64,000 nucleotides of DNA, from IMG/VR virus record IMGVR_UViG_3300006139_000001; one strand, written 5' to 3'. A program made the position numbers and the translations under genes. This document shows, piece after piece, positions 9,483 to 17,618 of this stretch. Source of the DNA: a virus. The notes beneath the pieces are model-generated. The model made no database searches. It was not told the DNA's origin and worked only from the letters and a program-made list of their open reading frames with translations. The stretch's first letter is position 1. Every line of letters begins with the position of its first letter.

Positions 9483-9743
9483 TTAGCATTCAACAAAACC
9501 CTTGCCGATGATTTTCTTCATATCCGCAAGCGTCAAGTCTGGCGCATATTCACGGAGAAAGTAGGTAATCTGTCTGGCGGTTGTCGGGCTGTATGTTCCG
9601 GTGCATTCAACCATACGCTTACCCCCGTCGATGACGATGGAAATAACACGGGTAACATAGCTGATGAAGTCGATGCGGTTGTTTTCGTGGATGTTGATTT
9701 TGCACTGGCAGCTTGCGTGATTTCTCAATTTCATAGTTTTCAT
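9483..9743 (-). CDS. Hypothetical protein
   Basis: GGAGGT RBS downstream of the hammerhead. Confidence 0.75.
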   Translation of the reverse strand: MKTMKLRNHASCQCKINIHENNRIDFISYVTRVISIVIDGGKRMVECTGTYSPTTARQITYFLREYAPDLTLADMKKIIGKGFVEC

Positions 9744-9783
9744 AGGTTATACCTCCAAAAATTTGTTGTTGTTTCGGCTTTTT

Positions 9784-9840
9784 AAGCCGGACGCCCCTTT
9801 GGGCGTTTCGTCGTAATTTTCAACGACTCATCAGCGGCTT
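9784..9840 (-). ncRNA. Hammerhead ribozyme, type I
   Basis: AAGCCG-CUGAUGA-GUCGU(UGAAAAUU)ACGAC-GAAA-CGCCC(AAAG)GGGCG-UC^CGGCUU: complete core, three perfect stems, GUC site; predicted cut 9790/9789. Confidence 0.95.
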
Positions 9841-9867
9841 TTGTGGTAACTTGTTTACTACTCTTTA

Positions 9868-9896
9868 AGTATATCACCTTCTTTTCGCTTTGTCAA
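9868..9896 (-). promoter_or_regulatory. sigma70/sigmaA early promoter
   Basis: TTGACA-17-TATACT with TG. Confidence 0.9.
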
Positions 9897-9922
9897 TACT
9901 TTTTCGGATTTAATTTTTAATT

Positions 9923-10174
9923 TTATGCGATAGCGCCTCTTTTCTTCATATCGTAGTAGCACCAGCGTTCAACTTGTTTTTCTTCCATCGCCTTGAATGC
10001 GTCAACCTGGCTGTCAAATTCCGCCTTGTATTCGTCAATCGCTTTCCGCTGTCCCTTGATGCTATTTCCGAAATAATTATAACCGGCATCCAAATCAGCT
10101 TGCATGTTCTTTATCATCGTTTCAAGCAAGCTCTGCTTGTCATTAAACCACATTTCAAACCATTTACCACCCAT
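9923..10174 (-). CDS. Hypothetical protein
   Basis: GAGGT RBS before MGGKWF; the longer track ORF reads through the ribozyme. Confidence 0.75.
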   Translation of the reverse strand: MGGKWFEMWFNDKQSLLETMIKNMQADLDAGYNYFGNSIKGQRKAIDEYKAEFDSQVDAFKAMEEKQVERWCYYDMKKRGAIA

Positions 10175-10202
10175 TGCAAAATACCTCTTTTCTTGATATA
10201 GC

Positions 10203-10267
10203 AGCGGGCTTGTAACCGCCTTCGGCTGCATTACCGGCAGCGGATTTTCGCCGCCGTTACTCTGCAT
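10203..10267 (-). ncRNA. Twister self-cleaving ribozyme (P5-type permutation)
   Basis: UGCA-GA-GUA-A-[P1 CGGCGGCG/CGCUGCCG]-G-U^AA-UGCA-GC...P4 GCGG-UUACAAGC-CCGC; T1 GUA/UAC; predicted cut 10233/10232. Confidence 0.88.
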
Positions 10268-10280
10268 TCCTCCTTGTTTC

Positions 10281-10613
10281 TTATGCAAAATCAATTTCGG
10301 ATTCTACCATCTTATACATGATGGATTCTTGATTCAGTCCCTCCTTCAGTTCTTTAATGATTCTGTATACTGTTTCCCTGGTCAAGTCCGCCTCCGCTGC
10401 AATTTCGATGCGGATGGAAGGCTCTTTGACTATTGCGCCGGTACTCTGCATTTTGTAAACGCCGCTGCAATCAATCATTGTAAAGGCGTACACGCCGAAT
10501 TTATCAATCAAAGTTTCGGCTATAAAATCCTTCGCCGTTTCCGTTTCGACTTCCTGCTTTTCGCTGTCTTTGTCGAACAGCCCAACGGTCAAAAAGTGTT
10601 CAAACATTTTCAT
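10281..10613 (-). CDS. Hypothetical protein, first gene of the early region
   Basis: GGAGGT RBS, downstream of two tandem promoters. Confidence 0.8.
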   Translation of the reverse strand: MKMFEHFLTVGLFDKDSEKQEVETETAKDFIAETLIDKFGVYAFTMIDCSGVYKMQSTGAIVKEPSIRIEIAAEADLTRETVYRIIKELKEGLNQESIMYKMVESEIDFA

Positions 10614-10666
10614 ATAGTCAACCTCCTGTTTTGTGCTTTGGTTCTGTCTTTCGTTTTTCTGATTTA

Positions 10667-10695
10667 ATTATATCACATGGTTTTCAGTTTGTCAA
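10667..10695 (-). promoter_or_regulatory. sigma70/sigmaA early promoter
   Basis: TTGACA-17-TATAAT with TG. Confidence 0.9.
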
Positions 10696-10777
10696 GTACT
10701 TTTTGAAATATTTTTCAAATTTTTTTACGACTCTTTTTGTTGCGGTTTTGCGTGCCGTGTTCCTCTTGACATTTACA

Positions 10778-10806
10778 AGTATAGCACATCATTTTTTCTT
10801 TGTCAA
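10778..10806 (-). promoter_or_regulatory. sigma70/sigmaA early promoter
   Basis: TTGACA-17-TATACT with TG and A-tract UP element. Confidence 0.9.
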
Positions 10807-11177
10807 GTGTTTTTTGAAATATTTTTTTATTTTTTTTACAGCGGATTTTTTGCGCCTGGTATCGCCTTATATAATAGGAAGGAACGCCGCCGCAAGCGGT
10901 CAGCATATCGCCGGCGCAGCCGTGCGCACCGTGCCGGACTTGCTTATATATAATAAATGGATGACAGACAGCACAGCCCACAGGACAGCGGAACGGACAG
11001 CCGGACAGAAACGGACAGACAAGCCGCCTATATTGCTATTATGCGGTTATTGTGTGCGCCTGGTATGGTATGCGCTGCCGGTCAAGTGTGCGCCGCTCAG
11101 ACGTGCGGACAGCCTCAAACGGTCAGCCGGTCAGCATATGCGGAAACGCCGCAATATAAAAAACGGAATGCAAAGCG

Positions 11178-11516
11178 CTTTAATGCGATAAAGTGTTAAA
11201 ATGCGTTTAGCTCTTGCGATGGTAAAAGGGAAACGGCAAAGCGATTTAATGCTTTAATAGTGTAAAGTGGTAAATTTGATTTTTTGTATTTTTGTTTCGG
11301 TCAGCCGATGCACACCGAAAAAGCAAAACCGATAATAATTTAATACTTTACCTTGCTAAAGTGTATGCAAATTCTGGTAAATCCGTAAAGCCTGGAAGCG
11401 TCATTTTGATTTACTGCTTTACTGTGCTAAAGTCCGAAAAATGCACTAAAACGGAATTACCCCGTTTTTGAGGCTTTGCCGGTGGTAAAGTATGGGGCTA
11501 CTTTAACATTCTAAAG
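11178..11516. repeat. Array of CTTTA-N6-TAAAG palindromes
   Basis: Perfect copies starting at 11178, 11252, 11346, 11417 and 11501; degenerate copy at 11474. Confidence 0.85.
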
Positions 11517-11592
11517 CGTTAAAGCGTTTGTCCCCAGACGGTAATGTGATACATTTCACTCTCAACAAAAAATTTCGTACCTATCGTAACAT

Positions 11593-11792
11593 CCCCTACT
11601 TTGAACACTTACCGAAACGATTCTTATTAAAATGTAAACTCTCCTACTTTGAGGTTTTGTATCTTATCACCGAAAAAATTTAGAATTCATAAATTGCCCT
11701 AAATTGAGAACTTTTTCGGCATTTGTTTCGGAATGATTAATTCGATACTAAATTGCGGAAAAATCAGATATTCAAAACTCTCCTACTTTGAG
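11593..11792 (+). repeat. CTCTCCTACTTTGAG direct repeats
   Basis: Exact at 11639 and 11778, variant at 11593, another exact copy at 17047. Confidence 0.85.
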
Positions 11793-11919
11793 TATTTGGA
11801 TATTTGCGAAATAGCCGATTTTTGAAATCTGAACAAATATATCTGCATTTTGCGGAAGTTTCGGAATGGTTTTTAGGTATGTTTTTGGCTTTAAGAATTG
11901 TCCTTAATGCTCTACAGTA

Positions 11920-12034
11920 CAATATCTTATATATATAAATACAAATCTTATTATAAGTAAGACTCTTATATAAGATATTGTGTATATAAAATAAGACTCT
12001 TATTTATAGTTCGTATTTAATATAAGACTATTAT
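11920..12034. repeat. AT-rich iteron-like repeats plus 14-bp inverted repeat
   Basis: TAAGACT(C/A)TTAT x3 (11958, 11992, 12023); CAATATCTTATATA 11920-11933 / TATATAAGATATTG 11967-11980. Confidence 0.75.
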
Positions 12035-12163
12035 ATTAATATGATTAAGGAGATGCAGTTACTTAACATACGACCAGGAATTGCGGCGATGGGTATTTGC
12101 GATGAGCTGCCAGTGTATCGGAAGTACTTTCATAAATTTCTCTAAATTAAATCAGAAAAACTA

Positions 12164-12192
12164 TTGACAAGCAAGATGTGATGTGGTATAAT
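12164..12192 (+). promoter_or_regulatory. sigma70/sigmaA promoter for the RNA polymerase operon
   Basis: TTGACA-17-TATAAT with TG; preceded by AATTAAATCAGAAAAA motif shared with early promoters. Confidence 0.9.
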
Positions 12193-12225
12193 TAGTCCAG
12201 AAGTTGAACCAAAGGAGGTCGCAAG

Positions 12226-12903
12226 GTGACAGACGATAAGATTATCAAAGTACCACGAAGCCTTATCCATAATCTATCTCTTAATGAGAAAAGAGTTGTT
12301 GCCTTTGCTTCTATCATTGCTTCTAACTGGTCTGGGACGGACTATGAAAGTCTCGTCAAGTATTCCCTCTACTCTGGTTTCAGAGGGAAAGACGGTGTGA
12401 TAAACCAATACAAAGAGCTGGTGCGGAGTTTCTTTGACGCTGGTTACTTCACAGAGTCAGACGGGGGTATAATTTACATCGACCAGAACGAACAGTTTGG
12501 TATTATCTATTATAGCGAGTTCCAAAAGATATTACAACTGCGAACTCAGTGTAAGACAAATGGGCGTAGGTTGAACCACGCTCATGTTCTACTACTCCTT
12601 TCATATATCAGGTTATATATGAACTATCAAAAAGGAAAGCCAGTATACTACTCTAATCTTTTGATTCGTATTTCTGAAAACATCGGTCTATCTGTCCGCA
12701 GTATATCTTCTTGTTTGAAGATATTAGAAGAACTCGGTATAATTCATAATGAAGAACTTCCAAGATATAAAGATAAGGACGGTGGTTGGCACTCAAATGT
12801 GCGAATCTTCGTGAATATGAAACTATATGGGATTATATCGTATGACTGGCATCGTGAGGCTCTAAGAAGTGCAAGACTACTTAGAGCTAACCAGGTAGAT
12901 TAA
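12226..12903 (+). CDS. Winged-HTH DNA-binding protein (initiator/regulator-like)
   Basis: AAGGAGGT RBS, GTG start; ISENIGLSVRSISSCLKILEELGII HTH. Confidence 0.65.
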   Translation: MTDDKIIKVPRSLIHNLSLNEKRVVAFASIIASNWSGTDYESLVKYSLYSGFRGKDGVINQYKELVRSFFDAGYFTESDGGIIYIDQNEQFGIIYYSEFQKILQLRTQCKTNGRRLNHAHVLLLLSYIRLYMNYQKGKPVYYSNLLIRISENIGLSVRSISSCLKILEELGIIHNEELPRYKDKDGGWHSNVRIFVNMKLYGIISYDWHREALRSARLLRANQVD

Positions 12904-12921
12904 CAGGAGGACGTAAAATGA

Positions 12922-13308
12922 GTGAGCAAAGTCAGAGAATTAGATAATATTAGTTCGTTAAAAAAGAGAACGCCTGTCAAGATGACAGACGAAGAATGGC
13001 AAGAATATTTTAATGGATTACGTGACAAAATTAAGCCATGCTCAGAACGCAAGATGAAAACTACATATTCCATCTGGGTCAATGGCTATCAAGGTATTAC
13101 ATACTTTGCGTATTGTGGCGATACGGAATGGCAATATTACTGCAAGTTTATCAATAGCGTTTTAAGTGCGATTCGCAGCGGCGAAAGTGACTACTGCTAT
13201 CACATTTATCAAATATCAGATTTGTTGAGATTTGAGCATGATAGATTAAAAGCTGTATGGCTTCCTGAACATCAGTGTTTTGAGGTTTCATTAGAATTAA
13301 ATCAGTAA
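12922..13308 (+). CDS. Hypothetical protein
   Basis: 128-aa ORF with upstream AGGAGG. Confidence 0.65.
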   Translation: MSKVRELDNISSLKKRTPVKMTDEEWQEYFNGLRDKIKPCSERKMKTTYSIWVNGYQGITYFAYCGDTEWQYYCKFINSVLSAIRSGESDYCYHIYQISDLLRFEHDRLKAVWLPEHQCFEVSLELNQ

Positions 13309-13370
13309 AACATATATTTTAACTCTATTCGAGTATGCCACACCCAAAACAGAAAAAGGAAGGTTAGTGA

Positions 13371-16148
13371 ATGGAGCAAAAGAGTTGCTTAAAACTCATC
13401 TATAAGATACATAGCCGACAGTTGAAAAAAGCAAACTGGAAACTTACACTTCCGCTCGATGTCGCAATGACTGATTTTCCTGAAACCGTTGTTTCATTAA
13501 ATGACAGTCAGCTACTTCGATTTATAGATGAGATAAATGGTGTTGTTGATGTGGATAACAAGGTTAAGAGCATCCAGCACAAAATCAAGATGGAAAAGAA
13601 AAAACCTAAGAGTAGAGAAACGAGAACAATCATTAAGAATCTGTATGATGCTCTATATTCGTTGCAGTTCCAAAAGGATTATGTATGTGTGATTATGGAC
13701 AGCAACAAAGATTATGATAGAGCGAACTTAGGTTTCAGTATAAATGGTATCGAGTACAAGCGATTCCTCGGTACGAATGGCGGAATTAAAAATTCTACAA
13801 TCGTATATGTAAATGCAAAACTCTATCCAGAGTTGAAGAAACGTTTGGACAATGGGCGCAATAAAGAAGTGCCACTCGTACCCGCAAAATTAGAAGCGTA
13901 TCAAGCGCTTATCTGTTCTGGTTCTATTCCTATTCCAGAACCAAAAGGAATTATTGTCGTAAAAGACTGTATCACCCATTTCAAAGATAATGTCATTATG
14001 ATTAACGACGAAGCAGATGGTGAGCCGGTCATGACAAAAATTGATGACTACGAAATTGAGCATAACGATTCGGATGGTTATGGTCTTATGTTACCCTCTT
14101 ATTCTCGCAATGTGAATAAGTATCTGACTGGCGATGGAGAAAATGCTATATCAGGTATGAATACACGATATGCCTGGACAAAAGGCATGGTATATACTTT
14201 TGACTTTATCGAGTTTGCGGAAAAGGTTGCTGGAACTTACGAGGTCACAGATGTATGGGGCGACAAGCGAGATATTAGAGATGCGGAAGTAATTCTAACG
14301 GAGTCAATGCTAAAACTTTGGGATAGTTATGATAGCTGGGAAGATTTCTATAAGAACTGTCAGGAGAACCACTATCAATTTTCTACTCCAAAGGTTACTC
14401 CTAAAACTTTAGAGAATGTCCGTAACACAAACTATCAGTTCTTACAGAGTTATCAATTCACCGATGAAGAACTACAAGAGTTGTGCCAACCCACTATTGA
14501 TGAAATTACCGGAGTCCTCGGAATGGACTATAGAAAGAGCTTGGTTTTTCTTGCTGGGTTTGGTCTGAATGATGATAATGCTTTTAATGATGATTTTGAC
14601 TATTGTGTTCGTTCTTTGATGATAGATGAGCGAATGATTAATGACCCATTCATCCGTCGCAAGATTTGGAATATGATAGCCAAGCGCATCGAAATGGCAA
14701 AGCGTGGCGCAATTAAAGTGAACGCAAACTTTGCAATGATTTCTGGCGACCCCTATGCCCTATGCCAAAGCATTTTTGGATTAGAGATAACCGGCTTACT
14801 GAAGGCGGGAGAAATTTATCATAAGTATTGGATTGATAAAGGTTCAGATGAGTTAGCCTGTTTCCGTGCGCCGATGACGTGCCACAATAACATTCGTAGA
14901 ATGAAGCTAAACAAAAGTGATGATGTTAAACATTGGTATCAGTATATTAGAACAGCAGCGATTCTAAATTGCTGGGACACAGCTTGCGATGCGATGAATG
15001 GCGCTGACAAGGATGGTGACACCAATATGGACACCGACAATCCGATTATTGTAAGAAATACACTCAACTCTCCTACTATTGTTTGTGTACAGAGAAAGGC
15101 TGAAAAAAGAGTTGCCGATGAGAGTGATATTGTTCAGGCGAATAAACTTGCTTTCAATGATGATATCGGCATTGTAACAAATCATGTTACGAGTATGATT
15201 GAAGTTCAAGCTGGATTTGAACCTGGGACACCGGAATACGAAACTCTTGCATATCGAATTATGTGTGGTCAGCTTTATCAGCAAAATACTATCGACAGAG
15301 CAAAGGGCATTATTGCAAAACCAATGCCTGAGTATTGGTACAACGTCAGAGATAATATTGTTAAGGATGACGATGATGAAGAAACGGCAGCTCGTAAGAA
15401 TTTTAATAGAAAGATAACCGCTGCCAACAAGCCATATTTCATGACATATGTTTATCCTGCGCTGAGAACTCAGAACAATACATATAACACGAACAGTGAT
15501 AATGGCGCACTTATGAGGTTTGGTTCGTATGGAATCCGTAGTATAGAAGATTTGTATAATTACGAGCCAAAGACTAAAGAAATGATTGAATGCCTACGAC
15601 TGCACGAAGAAATGGTTGGTCGTAATCCATGTGTTGTTAATAAAATCTGTTGGATTTTTGAAGATGTTTTTAATGGCTATCTTTCAAAAAAGTATAAGCA
15701 GCCGGAATTCGATTATAGCATCTTGAAGTGCAATGTTGAGTATAGCAGAAAGAGTTATGAATCTGTTCTCGCATTATATAAAGAATATCAAAAACGAGCA
15801 GAGGTTTTTCAAAAAAAGAAGCGAACAGAAAAACTCAGTTCCCTTGAAAGCTGGGAGAAAAGAAAAATTTTTGTAGACTGGTTCAAGAAAGAGTGTGAAG
15901 TAGTTTGCAGTAACGAAAAAGAACTTTGCGATATTGTTCTTGATATTTGTTATAAGACAGAAAAATCAAAACAGTTCGCTTGGGATATTTGTGGAGATGT
16001 AATTCTGGATAACCTATTGAGAAACAAGAGCGGTGTAATTCACTTTCCTCAGTTGGTAGACGGTGATGGAGAGTTTGAGTATTGTGGAGAAAGTTTTGTG
16101 ATGTGTGAAAAAGTGATTGGTGGTGATAGCAATGATTGTATTGAATGA
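13371..16148 (+). CDS. YonO-like single-subunit RNA polymerase (cellular RdRP-related fold)
   Basis: SDGYG, KGM, FRAP and catalytic MNGADKDGD (DxDGD) motifs; position upstream of late genes as for SPbeta yonO. Confidence 0.88.
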   Translation: MEQKSCLKLIYKIHSRQLKKANWKLTLPLDVAMTDFPETVVSLNDSQLLRFIDEINGVVDVDNKVKSIQHKIKMEKKKPKSRETRTIIKNLYDALYSLQFQKDYVCVIMDSNKDYDRANLGFSINGIEYKRFLGTNGGIKNSTIVYVNAKLYPELKKRLDNGRNKEVPLVPAKLEAYQALICSGSIPIPEPKGIIVVKDCITHFKDNVIMINDEADGEPVMTKIDDYEIEHNDSDGYGLMLPSYSRNVNKYLTGDGENAISGMNTRYAWTKGMVYTFDFIEFAEKVAGTYEVTDVWGDKRDIRDAEVILTESMLKLWDSYDSWEDFYKNCQENHYQFSTPKVTPKTLENVRNTNYQFLQSYQFTDEELQELCQPTIDEITGVLGMDYRKSLVFLAGFGLNDDNAFNDDFDYCVRSLMIDERMINDPFIRRKIWNMIAKRIEMAKRGAIKVNANFAMISGDPYALCQSIFGLEITGLLKAGEIYHKYWIDKGSDELACFRAPMTCHNNIRRMKLNKSDDVKHWYQYIRTAAILNCWDTACDAMNGADKDGDTNMDTDNPIIVRNTLNSPTIVCVQRKAEKRVADESDIVQANKLAFNDDIGIVTNHVTSMIEVQAGFEPGTPEYETLAYRIMCGQLYQQNTIDRAKGIIAKPMPEYWYNVRDNIVKDDDDEETAARKNFNRKITAANKPYFMTYVYPALRTQNNTYNTNSDNGALMRFGSYGIRSIEDLYNYEPKTKEMIECLRLHEEMVGRNPCVVNKICWIFEDVFNGYLSKKYKQPEFDYSILKCNVEYSRKSYESVLALYKEYQKRAEVFQKKKRTEKLSSLESWEKRKIFVDWFKKECEVVCSNEKELCDIVLDICYKTEKSKQFAWDICGDVILDNLLRNKSGVIHFPQLVDGDGEFEYCGESFVMCEKVIGGDSNDCIE

Positions 16149-16998
16149 AAAAGCGTATGCGGAAGAATGCTTGCAAAAGAAGTCTATTAGCAACAAGCCA
16201 TTTTACACACTCTCAATTCTAGCAAAGTACTATTACCATTGCTTTGGATATAGAAAGGCGAAAATCACGGAACTACTGATAGATTTCATGGATAAGTATT
16301 ATCCAAGGTACGATTGCAATAAAGCAATGTGGAATGAGAGTGTTGAGAAAATCGCTAAGAATGCCGGTAAGTATACTCTGTTTGAGATAGACGGTGTGTG
16401 GATTACAGAAGCAGAACTTGAAACGATAGCCAATATCCATAATAAGGTTTTGGAAAGGCTTGCATTTACTCTACTATGCCTTGCCAAGCTTGGCAATACA
16501 AAGAACCCAAAGAATAGCGGATGGGTAAATAATGATGCAAAAGAGGTTTTCTCTCTTGCAAGGATTTCATGTAGCGTAGCTAATAGGTATGAAAGGCTTG
16601 GTGAGCTTCATAGCTTATCACTTCTAGAATTCCCTCGGCGCATTGATAATTTGAGTTGCAGAGTTACATATATCAATGACGATAGCGAAAAGAAACTGTT
16701 TATCTCTGACTTTAGAGAACTTGGTTATGAGTATCTAAAATATAAAGGCGAAAACTTTATCAGGTGTAGAGAATGCGGAGTTTTGATTCGCAATAACAAA
16801 GCTGGCACAAAGAAATATTGTACACAATGTTCTGGTTATATTCCGCAAGAGTATAAAACAGTGATATGTGTTGATTGTGGGAAAGAGTTTGAAGTGGATT
16901 CAAAAAACAACCAGTCGTGTCGTTGCAGCGAGTGTTACACAATATATAGAAGAAACTATTATCGAGAAAATAAGCGCAAACAGCGTGAGAATTCGTGA
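16132..16998 (+). CDS. Zn-finger protein coupled to the RNA polymerase gene
   Basis: Four C-terminal CxxC pairs; overlaps the RNAP stop; GGTGGTG RBS. Confidence 0.75.
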   Translation: MIVLNEKAYAEECLQKKSISNKPFYTLSILAKYYYHCFGYRKAKITELLIDFMDKYYPRYDCNKAMWNESVEKIAKNAGKYTLFEIDGVWITEAELETIANIHNKVLERLAFTLLCLAKLGNTKNPKNSGWVNNDAKEVFSLARISCSVANRYERLGELHSLSLLEFPRRIDNLSCRVTYINDDSEKKLFISDFRELGYEYLKYKGENFIRCRECGVLIRNNKAGTKKYCTQCSGYIPQEYKTVICVDCGKEFEVDSKNNQSCRCSECYTIYRRNYYRENKRKQRENS

Positions 16999-17235
16999 TT
17001 TGTCCACAGTACAATTTTGAGATGAATTTTATTATGTGCCAAATTCCTCTCCTACTTTGAGGGTTTATTGGTGCTGAAATAAAACACCAAAATTCCTTTA
17101 TGAAGGGAATATAGAATAAAGTCCCTTTGTTCTCATTTCTTTATCTTTCTCTTTTCTTTGTGTAATGCACTGGCGTGGCAATAGCTACGCCAGATGCAAC
17201 TCTTATTAAACATTACTTAATTTTGAAATATCTAT

Positions 17236-17356
17236 ATTGCGGCTGTGAAAAATCATCCTTCTATAATAAATATTTGAAGAAAACAGCAATCATTATCACC
17301 ATTTGAGCAAATGGTGGTAGTGATTATACAAGAGCTGATTTTCAAATTCCCGCAAT
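17236..17356 (+). ncRNA. Candidate structured RNA / tRNA-array leader
   Basis: Closing helix ATTGCGG/CCGCAAT, TGAAAAATCA/TGATTTTCA, 17-bp G-U-containing hairpin at about 17288-17326. Confidence 0.4.
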
Positions 17357-17360
17357 TTAT

Positions 17361-17448
17361 GGGTAGGTAGAGCGTAACTGGTATCGCACCGGACTGTAAA
17401 TCCGGCTCTTAATTGACACTGTTGGTTCAAGTCCAACCCTGCCCACCA
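17361..17448 (+). tRNA. tRNA-Tyr(GTA)
   Basis: Cloverleaf, CCGGA-CTGTAAA-TCCGG, long variable arm, encoded CCA. Confidence 0.95.
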
Positions 17449-17455
17449 ACTGAAC

Positions 17456-17530
17456 GGCTCGTTGGTATAATGGCTATTATATCGGACTGTCTCTCCGAAA
17501 ATGAGGGTTCAATTCCCTCACGGGTCGCCA
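17456..17530 (+). tRNA. tRNA-Asp(GTC)
   Basis: TCGGA-CTGTCTC-TCCGA, TTC loop, CCA. Confidence 0.92.
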
Positions 17531-17539
17531 TTTATATAT

Positions 17540-17615
17540 TCTCACATAGTTCAGCCGGTAGAACACCTGACTGTTAATCAGGGAGTCGTAGGTTCGAGTC
17601 CTACTGTGAGAGCCA
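17540..17615 (+). tRNA. tRNA-Asn(GTT)
   Basis: CCTGA-CTGTTAA-TCAGG, CCA. Confidence 0.95.
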
Positions 17616-17618
17616 TAT

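Noticed and set aside
10175-10294. N-terminal extension of ORF 9923..10294 (and ORF 9063..9374)
   Set aside because: These read through ribozyme sequence; RBS-supported starts lie elsewhere
259-11199. Plus-strand ORFs in the early region
   Set aside because: Shadows of RBS- and promoter-supported minus-strand genes
11170-11800. CRISPR array
   Set aside because: Repeats are short (15-16 bp) or split palindromes with irregular spacing; no cas genes
13371-16148. True RNA-dependent RNA polymerase / RNA virus
   Set aside because: dsDNA phage context; matches the YonO-type DNA-dependent enzyme position and motifs
17000-17008. DnaA box (TTGTCCACA)
   Set aside because: Single mismatched copy; expected by chance
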